A stretch of DNA of 64,000 nt. Origin: Bacteroidota bacterium. GTDB lineage: Bacteria; Bacteroidota; Bacteroidia; Chitinophagales; LD1. The translations under genes and the position numbers were made by a program. Below the pieces are notes generated by a model. The model searched no databases. It saw only the letters and a program-made list of their open reading frames with translations, and was not told the origin of the DNA. This document shows positions 27,955 to 37,100 of this stretch, in pieces (position 1 is the first letter of the stretch; the number at the start of each line of letters is the position of its first letter). Where the stretch lies: positions 109,106 through 173,105 of the forward strand of contig CANJZE010000001.1 in assembly GCA_947479455.1 (NCBI GenBank), written 5' to 3'.

Positions 27955-28101
27955 ACAACGAAAATGCGCATTTATACCCGTAGAAAAAACTTTTTCCTGG
28001 GAATAGAAATCAATTGCTGAAAGCAGCAAAAATTATTCTTGAATAATTTGAACAATTAACCTTCGCTCGTAAATTCGTTGCCTCTTTCAAAAAATACATT
28101 T

Positions 28102-28386
28102 ATGGATTTTTCTTTTCAAACAGACCACGACCAACAGATTGATTTAGAAGATGAGGTTGAACTGCAACACAAACTCATTTTACATAACGACAACCACAAC
28201 ACTTTTGAATGGGTGATTGAAACGCTGGTGGATGTGTGCAAACATAATCCTGTGCAGGCAGAACAGTGTTCTCTACTCATTCACAACAAGGGCAAATATG
28301 CCGTGCAACATGGTCCTTTTGAAACGCTTAAGCAGATGAAAGACGCGATAACCGAGAGGGGGATAAACGCTACTATAGAACAGTAG
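28102..28386 (+). CDS. clpS: ATP-dependent Clp protease adaptor ClpS
   Basis: LILHNDNHNTFEWVIETLVDVCKHNPVQAEQCSLLIHNKGKYAV core. ATG 28102 is preferred over TTG 28078. Confidence 0.85.
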   Translation: MDFSFQTDHDQQIDLEDEVELQHKLILHNDNHNTFEWVIETLVDVCKHNPVQAEQCSLLIHNKGKYAVQHGPFETLKQMKDAITERGINATIEQ

Positions 28387-28435
28387 CATTAGGCATCGGC
28401 AGGATTCAGAAATGAACAACAAAAATCAGTAGCTA

Positions 28436-28466
28436 ATTTTTCAATTTTCAATCTTAATTTTTAAAT
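28436..28466 (+). repeat. solo copy of the AT-rich motif that forms the four-helix-bundle inverted repeats
   Basis: atttttcaattttcaatcttaatttttaaatc, compared with 13185 tcttcaatattcaattttaaatcttcaatc. Lies directly upstream of ATG 28470. Confidence 0.4.
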
Positions 28467-28469
28467 CTC

Positions 28470-30104
28470 ATGGGACAGTACTTTAACCAAGACCACGAAA
28501 TGTTTCGCCAAACGGTGAGGGATTTTGTGCAGAAAGAAGTTGCTCCCTTCATTAATAAATGGGAGGAAGAAGAAAAAATTCCTCGCGAAATATTTTTGCG
28601 CATGGGCGAACTTGGTTTGCTTGGCATTAACTTTCCCGAAGAATATGGCGGAACCAATAATGACTTTTGGCACACGGTAGTTTATCTTGAGGAACTGGCG
28701 AATAATACCTGTGCAGGTTATGCAGGAGCAGTGAGTGTTCATCAATTTATGGCTACCAATCACATTCTTTTAGCAGGAAGTCCCGAGTTGAAAGAAAAAT
28801 ATTTGCGCCCTTCTATTGAAGGAAAATGGGTGGGCAGCATTGCAATTAGTGAACCCGGAGCAGGAAGCGATGTAGCAGCTTTGCGCTGCACCGCAAAACG
28901 CGAAGGCGATTACTACATTATTAACGGCAATAAAACTTTTATCACCAACGGTGTTTATGGAAATTTTGTAACCGTTGCCTGTAAAACAGACCCGGCTGCG
29001 GGTTTGGCAGGGGTAAGTTTAATAGTGGTTGACCAAGGCACCCCGGGTTTTACTACGAACAAGTTGAAGAAGATGGGTTGGAAAAGTAGCGACACAGGTG
29101 AATTGTTTTTCGATAATGTAAAAGTTCCTGTTTCGAATTTGGTAGGAAAAGAAGGACAAGGATTTTTCTACATTATGGAAAGTTTTCAGTTGGAAAGATT
29201 GGTAGCTGCCATTATGGGAGTGGCGGGTTGCGAACGCGGTATTGATTACACGCTTAAGTATATGCACGAGCGCAGTGTGTTCGGCAAGCCGATTGAAAAA
29301 TATCAGGTGCTGCGCCATAAAATGGCCGACATGATTACCGAGGTGGAAATCACCAAGCGCTTTGTTTACTATTGTTGCGATTTATTTTCGAAAGGAATTT
29401 TTGCAGTGAAAGAATGTAGCATGGCGAAGATGAAAGCAACTGAATTAGGCAAGCGCGTTGCCGATGAATGTTTGCAAATGTTTGGCGGCTATGGTTACAT
29501 GAGCGAGTATCCAATTGAGCGCGGTTACCGTGATGCACGAGTGGGAACAATTGTAGGTGGCACTACTGAAATTATGAAAGAGATAATTTCGAAAATGGTG
29601 ATTGATGGAGTAAATTATGAAAGCGCGTATAAGAATATGAAGGCGCAGGAGAAGTCCGAGGTCGGAAGTCCTGTGTCCGAAGTAAAGGCAGAAACAAAAC
29701 CTCGGACATCCGACAACGGACATCCGATATCTAAAAATATTTCTTCACTAAACACAAATGGAAAAATGGAATCAGTTCCACAAACAGCAAAGGAGATTGT
29801 CTACTCTCTCCCGCAGCGATTAAAACTTGATAAGGTAGACGACAGCACAAACTCAACTTTTCACTTTAAACTAGATGGGCCAACAGGCGGTGAGTTTACC
29901 GCGGTTATCAAAGACAAAGCGGTTACTGTAAGTGACGGATTGGTTGGCGATGCAAGTTGCGTTATCACCGCTAAAGCAACCGACTACGAAGATTTGGAAT
30001 TAGGACGCGGCAATCCGCAAATGATGTTTATGATGGGTAAAATAAAAGTTACCAATTTGGGTGAGGTAATGAAGTTCATTACTTTTTTCCAACGATTGGC
30101 CTAA
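28470..30104 (+). CDS. acyl-CoA dehydrogenase fused to a C-terminal SCP2 (sterol carrier protein 2-like) domain
   Basis: The ACAD fold runs to ..GGTTEIMKEIISKMV. A ~40-aa repeat-encoded linker follows. The SCP2 domain starts at M433 (..GNPQMMFMMGKIKVTNLGEVMKF). Confidence 0.85.
   Translation: MGQYFNQDHEMFRQTVRDFVQKEVAPFINKWEEEEKIPREIFLRMGELGLLGINFPEEYGGTNNDFWHTVVYLEELANNTCAGYAGAVSVHQFMATNHILLAGSPELKEKYLRPSIEGKWVGSIAISEPGAGSDVAALRCTAKREGDYYIINGNKTFITNGVYGNFVTVACKTDPAAGLAGVSLIVVDQGTPGFTTNKLKKMGWKSSDTGELFFDNVKVPVSNLVGKEGQGFFYIMESFQLERLVAAIMGVAGCERGIDYTLKYMHERSVFGKPIEKYQVLRHKMADMITEVEITKRFVYYCCDLFSKGIFAVKECSMAKMKATELGKRVADECLQMFGGYGYMSEYPIERGYRDARVGTIVGGTTEIMKEIISKMVIDGVNYESAYKNMKAQEKSEVGSPVSEVKAETKPRTSDNGHPISKNISSLNTNGKMESVPQTAKEIVYSLPQRLKLDKVDDSTNSTFHFKLDGPTGGEFTAVIKDKAVTVSDGLVGDASCVITAKATDYEDLELGRGNPQMMFMMGKIKVTNLGEVMKFITFFQRLA
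29654..29765 (+). repeat. palindromic junction element, copy J (different palindrome, same A-rich tail), in frame inside the ACAD-SCP2 ORF
   Basis: 9-bp inverted repeat gtccgaggt (29654..29662) / acctcggac (29699..29707), flanked by degenerate heptamer-like repeats. The tail cactaaacacaaatggaaaa is followed by in-frame ATG 29766. Confidence 0.55.
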
Positions 30105-30120
30105 GTTGTTTCGTCCTCAT

Positions 30121-30154
30121 AAAAAAGCATCTCGAAATTCGGGATGCTTTTTTT
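30121..30154. terminator. bidirectional intrinsic terminator between convergent genes
   Basis: aaaaaa-GCATCTCGA-aat-TCGGGATGC-ttttttt (9-bp stem including one GU, with A and T runs on either side). Confidence 0.8.
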
Positions 30155-30174
30155 GTTAACCCAAGCTGTCAAAA

Positions 30175-31257
30175 TTATTTACTCAACATAATTGCAAGCG
30201 AAGTGAGCAGAGCAAAATTGTTTTTACTTGATTTTTGATTCCATGTAAAAATTTCGTCTTTACTGCGAAACAACCGGGTTTCTGCACGCCAAACCACTTT
30301 AGACGAAATCACATAATCGAGATTTAACGAAACACCATGCGTTTGAAAACCGTTAGGTGTGCCACTGTATATCATCACTCCGTTTTTATCGCTGTAAAAT
30401 TCGTAGCGCACCGCCATGGCAAATTTGCTTATTGGGTTATATCGCATAATAAATACTGGGCCAAACCAGAGGTTGTACTGCAAACGATTTTTTACCTTTT
30501 GTTCGGTGCCTAAATCAAATCCGAAAGTAAATGTGAGTTGAGCTAGCGGGGAATAGATTGCATAGAGATTATGAAAGTAGCGCATCTTGCGAATGTTGTC
30601 TAGGTAATCAGTTCCAATAAAAGTGCTGTAGTTGAGCAATAACTTTGCGTTGGGCTGAAAAATAATTTGAGTACCGAACGAAGGAAGCGATTTGCCTTTT
30701 GTCCAATTAATTTTTTGCCAGCCGTTTAAAACCAATACAACAAATGTCCACTTCGATCCGTGCTGATAGGTAAGTTTTACTCCGGTTTCAAAATAGGGTG
30801 TGTTCTCTGCAAGAATACTTCGCGAGAGTGTGGCGCAATCTTTACTGATGGCTGATTCAAAACCAATGTGCGAAGGGAAAATTCCCGCATCTAGCCACAA
30901 CTCTTTTGTCTTGAGAAGTTTGCCACCAATATTGGCTTCAAAAATTTGTCGCAGATAAAATGGCTCTCCTGAAAGATTGGCTTGCGAATAAGTGCCAAGC
31001 ATAGGTGCCATATTAAAACGCAAACGATTTTTTGCGTAAGCAAATTTCAGGAATACAAGATTTGCGTTTACCTGGTTATGATGCGAGTAATTGTAAAGAA
31101 AAGAAGGGCGAGTTCGCGATTCAGGGTTGCTAAAATCGTATCCGTAATAAATATCGGAATAACCATAAAAGGTAAAGGCACGTGTGCTGTCCTGTGCTTT
31201 TAGCCCGGTGGCAATCAGTAAAACAAAGAGAGTTAAAAGTGCGTTCACCGTTTTCAA
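30175..31257 (-). CDS. outer-membrane porin-like beta-barrel protein
   Basis: Signal peptide, alternating beta-strand pattern, aromatic-rich N-terminal YGYSDIYYGYDF. Typical Bacteroidota porin family layout. Confidence 0.65.
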   Translation of the reverse strand: MKTVNALLTLFVLLIATGLKAQDSTRAFTFYGYSDIYYGYDFSNPESRTRPSFLYNYSHHNQVNANLVFLKFAYAKNRLRFNMAPMLGTYSQANLSGEPFYLRQIFEANIGGKLLKTKELWLDAGIFPSHIGFESAISKDCATLSRSILAENTPYFETGVKLTYQHGSKWTFVVLVLNGWQKINWTKGKSLPSFGTQIIFQPNAKLLLNYSTFIGTDYLDNIRKMRYFHNLYAIYSPLAQLTFTFGFDLGTEQKVKNRLQYNLWFGPVFIMRYNPISKFAMAVRYEFYSDKNGVMIYSGTPNGFQTHGVSLNLDYVISSKVVWRAETRLFRSKDEIFTWNQKSSKNNFALLTSLAIMLSK

Positions 31258-31339
31258 CTATAACTGACTAATTCCGTTCTCAAATTACTGTTCATGGTGC
31301 GTAACGAAATGCAAAAGAATAAAAAGCATGAGATGAACT

Positions 31340-32236
31340 CTAGTTCTTCGCCAGCTTAAATTTTTGCTTCAACGAACCCTTTTCAAATAAAACACTTTTG
31401 TTGGATGGAGTAGATTGTTGGCTTTGATTATCATCACTAAAACCCTCCATGGGTTGATTGTTGCCCAAAGGATTATTCATTGAATTGTTGTTCATCGGAT
31501 TGTTTGGATTCATTCCTCCTGCACGGTTCTCCTCTCCTGCCATTCTTCCTCCGGCACTTCCACTTCCCCAACCAGTGCTACCTGCACCACGGGAATCACT
31601 GCTACCGGGAGGCGCCTCCAATGGATTAACTTCTACATTCAAACTGAGTTGTTCATTGTATTGAAGAACATTAGCATCGTAAAGTTCCTTCAACGGAATA
31701 GAAACTTCGTAAACGATTCCGTCTGTGCTGTCAACTCCTACGGCAATATTAATTCCGTTTTCGTTTGTCCAGGGCATTGTTCCGTTTTTTGTTTTGAAAC
31801 CGGAAGCAGTGATGGTAGTGAGTTGCAGTTTGTAGTTGTTTACAATATCTATGAATGCACCATGTTTTCGCCAGTTACCTTCCCTATTTGTTTTGTTTTC
31901 GCCTTCCATCATTTGTCGCTTTGGAAAAACAACAGAGGCATTAACTTTTTTGTTTTTCTCTTTTGAAGAAAGTGAAATGCTCCAACCAGCACGCATCATC
32001 TTGCGAGCTTTGGTTTCGTCATTAGCAGTGAAACAGAAATAAAGTTTGGTGCTGTCGTTAGCAATGGTAAATAGCAAACCCGTAGAACCATCGTAAAGGT
32101 TGAAGGGTTTTTGCCATTCGCGGTTGATGCCGTCAATGCTTACCGTTTTAGTTTGAATGAACGCCTGCGTCACATCCTGCTGGGCAGTGGCCTGAAGTAT
32201 GATTGCGAAAAGAGGAATGAAAATATTTTTCTTCAT
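31340..32236 (-). CDS. hypothetical secreted protein with G/N/P-rich low-complexity C-terminal region
   Basis: Signal peptide MKKNIFIPLFAIILQATAQ, a globular N-terminal ~200 aa, then GSTGWGSGSAGG...NPNNPMNNNSMNNPLGNNQP. Confidence 0.55.
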   Translation of the reverse strand: MKKNIFIPLFAIILQATAQQDVTQAFIQTKTVSIDGINREWQKPFNLYDGSTGLLFTIANDSTKLYFCFTANDETKARKMMRAGWSISLSSKEKNKKVNASVVFPKRQMMEGENKTNREGNWRKHGAFIDIVNNYKLQLTTITASGFKTKNGTMPWTNENGINIAVGVDSTDGIVYEVSIPLKELYDANVLQYNEQLSLNVEVNPLEAPPGSSDSRGAGSTGWGSGSAGGRMAGEENRAGGMNPNNPMNNNSMNNPLGNNQPMEGFSDDNQSQQSTPSNKSVLFEKGSLKQKFKLAKN

Positions 32237-32443
32237 GCGGCAAATGGAACAAATTGTTTAAAGGAAACCGAGTTCAGCAACGATTTTATTTCTTTTTCAC
32301 TTTCTGTGTTCGTTTGTTACTCTTACTCAAAGGCCCAAAGTCACAAAGGAAAGACCAAGTCAAACCAATCTTTGAGCCTTCGTGTATTCGTGTAAATTTT
32401 TGATTCACTTTTGAGATACTTTCCTTTTTCCTAATTACGCGCT

Positions 32444-34021
32444 ATGAACATTACAGCCCTACAAATTCTCGAATCTATTCCATCGCGCTTTCGTGCAGAG
32501 AAAGCGCAGAACTATTCTGCTGTTTTTCATTTTGAAATTAGCGGAGAAGAAACTCTTCAATACACGGTTACCATTCAGAATGCGAAATGCGATTTGCAGA
32601 AAGGGCTAAACGGCAAAGCCGATTGCACGATTAAAACCCGCGCCAGTGTTTATGTGGATTTAGAAACCGGAAAAACAAATCCGCAAATGGCTTTGATGAT
32701 GGGGAAAATAAAGGTTAGCAACCTCGCTGCCATGATGCAGTTTGCAAAGTGTTTTAGAAAGTGCAGCCCCACCCAAACCCTCCCCGAAGGGAAGGGCTTT
32801 AAAAACAGCCAAACACAAGTGGTAAACAGGGCAACAAAAACTGGTCCGCTGGCGGGAGTAAAGATTATTGATTTCACACGTTTGCTTCCGGGGCCTATTG
32901 CTACTATGTTTTTGGCAGATATGGGTGCCGATGTGATTAAAGTAGAAGACCCCGATAACCCTGATTACATCCGCAGTTTTGAGCCCCGCATCAATGGCAT
33001 TAGTATGCTTTATCTTGCGTTGAATAGAAACAAAAGAAGCCTGGCGCTCAATTATCTTTCTGCCGAAGGCAAGCAAATTATTTATGATTTAATAAAGACA
33101 GCCGATGTGGTGATTGAACAATACCGCCCCGGTGTGATGAAGGATTTGGGATTTGGTTATGAAGAACTGGCGAAGCTGAATTCGAAACTGATTTATGTTT
33201 CGGTGACGGGTTATGGACAACATTCGAGCAAGGCGATGGATGCGGGGCACGATTTGAATTACATAGCTATTGCGGGTGCACTAGGCATAACGGGTAACGC
33301 AAATGAAATTACGATACCGGGTTTTCAACTGGCGGATATTGCAGGTGGTGGTTATATGGCTATGAACGCGGTGACGGCTGCGCTTTACCAACGCGAGCGA
33401 ACAGGCAAGGGCGAGTGGATAGATGTGAGCATGACCGATGCGGCTGTGCCTTTTACCGCTTTGCAGTTTGCGTATCATCAAGGCACAAAGAATAATTTGA
33501 CGCGGGGCACATTTGAATTGAGCGGGGCGATGCCGAATTACAATGTGTATAAATGCAGTGATGAGAAGTTTGTAGCACTTGGAAGTTTGGAGCCAAAGTT
33601 CTGGGGAAAGTTTTGCGCTAAAGTTGGAAAGGCTGTATGGAACGATATGTTCTTATCGCAAGGTGAGGCATTGGAGAAACTCAAAAAAGAAGTAGCAGAA
33701 TTATTTTTGACGAAGACGAGAAGCCAGTGGCTCGAGGAATTTAAGCACGAAGATTTTTGTTTTACTACGATTAACGATTTGAGTGAAATAGAGCAGGATG
33801 TTTTTTTGAATGAGCGCCAGATGTTTAGTGAAAATGAGCACCCCGCAGCCGGTAAATACAAAACGATTAATCAGCCGCTCAAGTTTTTGCAAAATGATTT
33901 TTACAATAATGAAAGCGCGCCCGATTTAGGTGATGATACGGCCGCTATACTTGGGGAGTTAAATTATGATTCAGACAGAATAAGTGGACTGAAGAACAAA
34001 AATGTGGTGAAGATTAACTAA
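32444..34021 (+). CDS. SCP2 domain fused to a family III (CaiB/BaiF/AMACR-type) CoA-transferase
   Basis: N-terminal SCP2 (..KTNPQMALMMGKIKVSNLAAMMQFAKCF), a repeat-encoded linker, then LAGVKIIDFTRLLPGPIATMFLADMGADVIKVE and the rest of a CoA-transferase III fold. Confidence 0.85.
   Translation: MNITALQILESIPSRFRAEKAQNYSAVFHFEISGEETLQYTVTIQNAKCDLQKGLNGKADCTIKTRASVYVDLETGKTNPQMALMMGKIKVSNLAAMMQFAKCFRKCSPTQTLPEGKGFKNSQTQVVNRATKTGPLAGVKIIDFTRLLPGPIATMFLADMGADVIKVEDPDNPDYIRSFEPRINGISMLYLALNRNKRSLALNYLSAEGKQIIYDLIKTADVVIEQYRPGVMKDLGFGYEELAKLNSKLIYVSVTGYGQHSSKAMDAGHDLNYIAIAGALGITGNANEITIPGFQLADIAGGGYMAMNAVTAALYQRERTGKGEWIDVSMTDAAVPFTALQFAYHQGTKNNLTRGTFELSGAMPNYNVYKCSDEKFVALGSLEPKFWGKFCAKVGKAVWNDMFLSQGEALEKLKKEVAELFLTKTRSQWLEEFKHEDFCFTTINDLSEIEQDVFLNERQMFSENEHPAAGKYKTINQPLKFLQNDFYNNESAPDLGDDTAAILGELNYDSDRISGLKNKNVVKIN
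32767..32818 (+). repeat. junction hairpin element, copy G, in frame inside the SCP2-CoA-transferase ORF
   Basis: CCCCACCCaaa-CCCTCCCCgaa-GGGAAGGG-ctttaaaaacagccaaacacaa, followed by in-frame GTG 32819. Confidence 0.7.
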
Positions 34022-34156
34022 GCAATTTTTCATTCTCTATTTTGCATTTTCAGTTACTAAGATTTTCTCTTTCCCAAAAATTCTCCGAATCGGTATAAAA
34101 CCATATTTTGCCGCTTCCTTTAACTGACACACAGTTTTCTCTTTTAAAAACTCACT

Positions 34157-37100
34157 ATGAAAAGAATTTACGTTCTGTTTCTTTTGGCTGTTGCCTTGTA
34201 TAGCAGTGCGCAGCAAACCACTTTCCGCATTCAATATAATCTAGGCGAGTTCGACATACCCAGCGGAATGGTGCAGGCACCTTCGCGCAATTATGTTTTT
34301 TCGGCTTTGGTAACACGAAATTTTTCGGGTTTGCCGCTTGGCGTTCAAGGTGGCTTAACCGAAGTGGATACGAATGGTAATCATATTCGAAGCACACTTT
34401 ACCGCAACGGTTCGTTTACCAGCGATGTGAGTTTGAACGATGTAAAAAATGCAACAGGCGGAGGTTATATAGTTACAGGTGATGCGGGCGGTCAATGTTT
34501 GGTGATGCGATTAACTACAGCAGGGGCTGTTACTTGGCAGTATCGCTATTTGCCTGTGTCAGGAGCCAGTGCAAGTGGTGCGCGGGTATTACAAGCTAGT
34601 GATGGCGGTTTTGTAATTGCCGGCAGTGCATCGGGTGTTGACCCGGATGGTGCGGGAACAATTGCGCGACAGGATTCATCAAAGATGTTTTGTTTTAAAG
34701 TTGATGCCGGTGGTAATTTGTTGTGGATGAAAACATTTTTTTCGACAACAGGTTTTGACGATGACGATTATTTAAATGGATTGGCAGAAACTACCGATGG
34801 TTATGTTTTTGTAGGTCAGGCAACGATGGTAGCCGGTGACGGACAAAATGATGCAACGGTTTTAAAAACTGATTTAAACGGAAATTTTCAGTGGGCACGT
34901 AGATTTGGAAACAGCAATGATGAAGATGTGCAATCGGTGATTCAGGATGCGGGAAATAATATTGTGATGTCGGGCTTAGATAATTTGGGCGGCTACATTT
35001 ATAACTGGAGTGCTGCTAATGCAGGCCCTTCGGTAACAGGCACTAACACTCGATACTATGCGGCAGGTTTGCCCGTTAGTGCGGGCAATTTGACTAAAAC
35101 TTTCGACAACAATTTTGCAGTTTTTGCTTCGGGAGCATCGCTGTTTAATTTCACCTCCATATTGTTAAAGTCGAATCGATCAACCGGTGCGGTGATGTTT
35201 GCAAAATCTTACAACAGTTTTATTTCTATTCTGCCAACAGGAATTCAAACGGTTGATTCCGGATTTTTGATTAACAGTTTAAGTGCCGATACCACTGGAG
35301 GAATTGGGTATTATGATTTTGGTGTTACCAAAACTGATGTAAACGGAAATCAAGGTGGTTCAGGTTGTGCGCCAACCACACCACCTATTGTAACGCAAGC
35401 TTATAGCCCTACGGTAAATACACTAGTGCCTACCATTGTAACTACCAGTGTAAGAAATAGCGGAGGTATTACTACAGCTAGTATAACAGCCGGTACAGTG
35501 ATTAATTGTATTAGCGTGGTGTGCAATGCACCACCTACTCCCACAGCTTCGGCTTTGCCTAGCTCTATTTGCAATGGTTCTTCAACTGTTATTTCGGGAA
35601 GCGGTTCAGGTGCAAACGTTACTTACTCGGTTTACAATGCGCTAACCAATGGAACTTTACTAGGTGCCGCACCACTTACCGTTTCGCCAACTACAACTAC
35701 TACTTATTATGTTCAGGCAAACAGCACAACAACACCTGGCTGTGTAAGTGCACGTAGTAGTGTAACCGTAGCAGTGACTAATCCACCAAGTGCAGTAGGA
35801 AGTATTTCGGGGCTTACATCAGTATGTGTTGGTGCTCAAACGTATTCTATTTCGGCAGTGGGTGGTGCTACCTCATACGCATGGAGCGTAAGTGGGGGCG
35901 GAACAATTCAATCGGGACAAGGCACTACTTCTATCAGTGTAAACTGGACAACAGTTGGCGGACCTTATACGGTTTCGATTACTGCAACAAATACTTGTGG
36001 CTCTACTTCAAATACGAAACAAGTAACGGTCTTAGGTTCTGTTTCGGGTGTTACAGCAAGTGCTTCACCAAATCCTGCATGTGCAGGAAATAATGTGGTG
36101 CTTACAGGAGGAGGAACAAATGTTACTACGTGGACATGGAGCGGACCCGGAGGTTATTCTTCTTCTACACAAAGTCCTACTCTCGGAAATATACAAACAG
36201 TAGCAGCGGGAACTTACACGCTTAGCGCAAGTGGTGCATGTGGTAGTGGAACGGCTACAGTTAGTGTTGCAGTGAATGCGCCACCAACAGCAGTAGGGGC
36301 GAGTGCAAATCCAAATCCTGCCTGTGCAAATAACACAGTGAACTTAATAGGCAGTGGAACCAATGCAACATCATGGAGCTGGAGCGGACCAAACAGTTTT
36401 AGCGCAGCAACGCAAAATGCTTCGGTACTCAACGCGCAATCAAACGCAACAGGAACTTACACCGTTACTGCTACCAACACTTGCGGAAATACAACAGCAA
36501 CGGTGAACGTTACGGTGAATGACATTCCCTTGAGTGTTACAGCTACTGCAAATCCAACAGCGGTTTGTCCGGGTGCTGCGTTAAGTTTAGGTGGAAGCGC
36601 CACAGGTGCGACTTCTTATTCGTGGACAGGACCAAGTTTTACTTCTTCGCAGTTGAATAATTCCATCACCAACTTTCAGGCGGCAAATGCAGGAACGTAC
36701 ACACTCACTGCAACTAATCTTTGCGGAAGTGCATCGAGTCCTGTATCAGTTACTATTTCATCGGGACCAATCAATCCGACAGCTAATGCTAACCTCACCA
36801 ACATTTGCAGCAATTCGAATTTAAGTTTAACGAGCAGCGCCACAGGTGCAACTTCGTATCAATGGAGCGGACCGAATGGTTTTTCTTCTGCTTTGCAAAA
36901 TCCTTCTGTCAATAATATAACCGTTGCTGATAGCGGAACGTATACAGTAGTTTTCACCAATATTTGCGGAACGGCTTCTGCTTTTGTAAATATAGATGTA
37001 GATAATCCGATTCAAAACATAACAGTTAATGCAGCACCAAACGATAGTGTTTGCACAGGCAGCAATATCAATTTATCGGCAAGCGGAAGTAATGTAAACA

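Noticed and set aside
28078-28101. TTG start extending ClpS by 8 residues (MPLSKNTF).
   Set aside because: An ATG at 28102 is preceded by an A-rich leader, and ClpS homology begins downstream. The extension adds nothing conserved.
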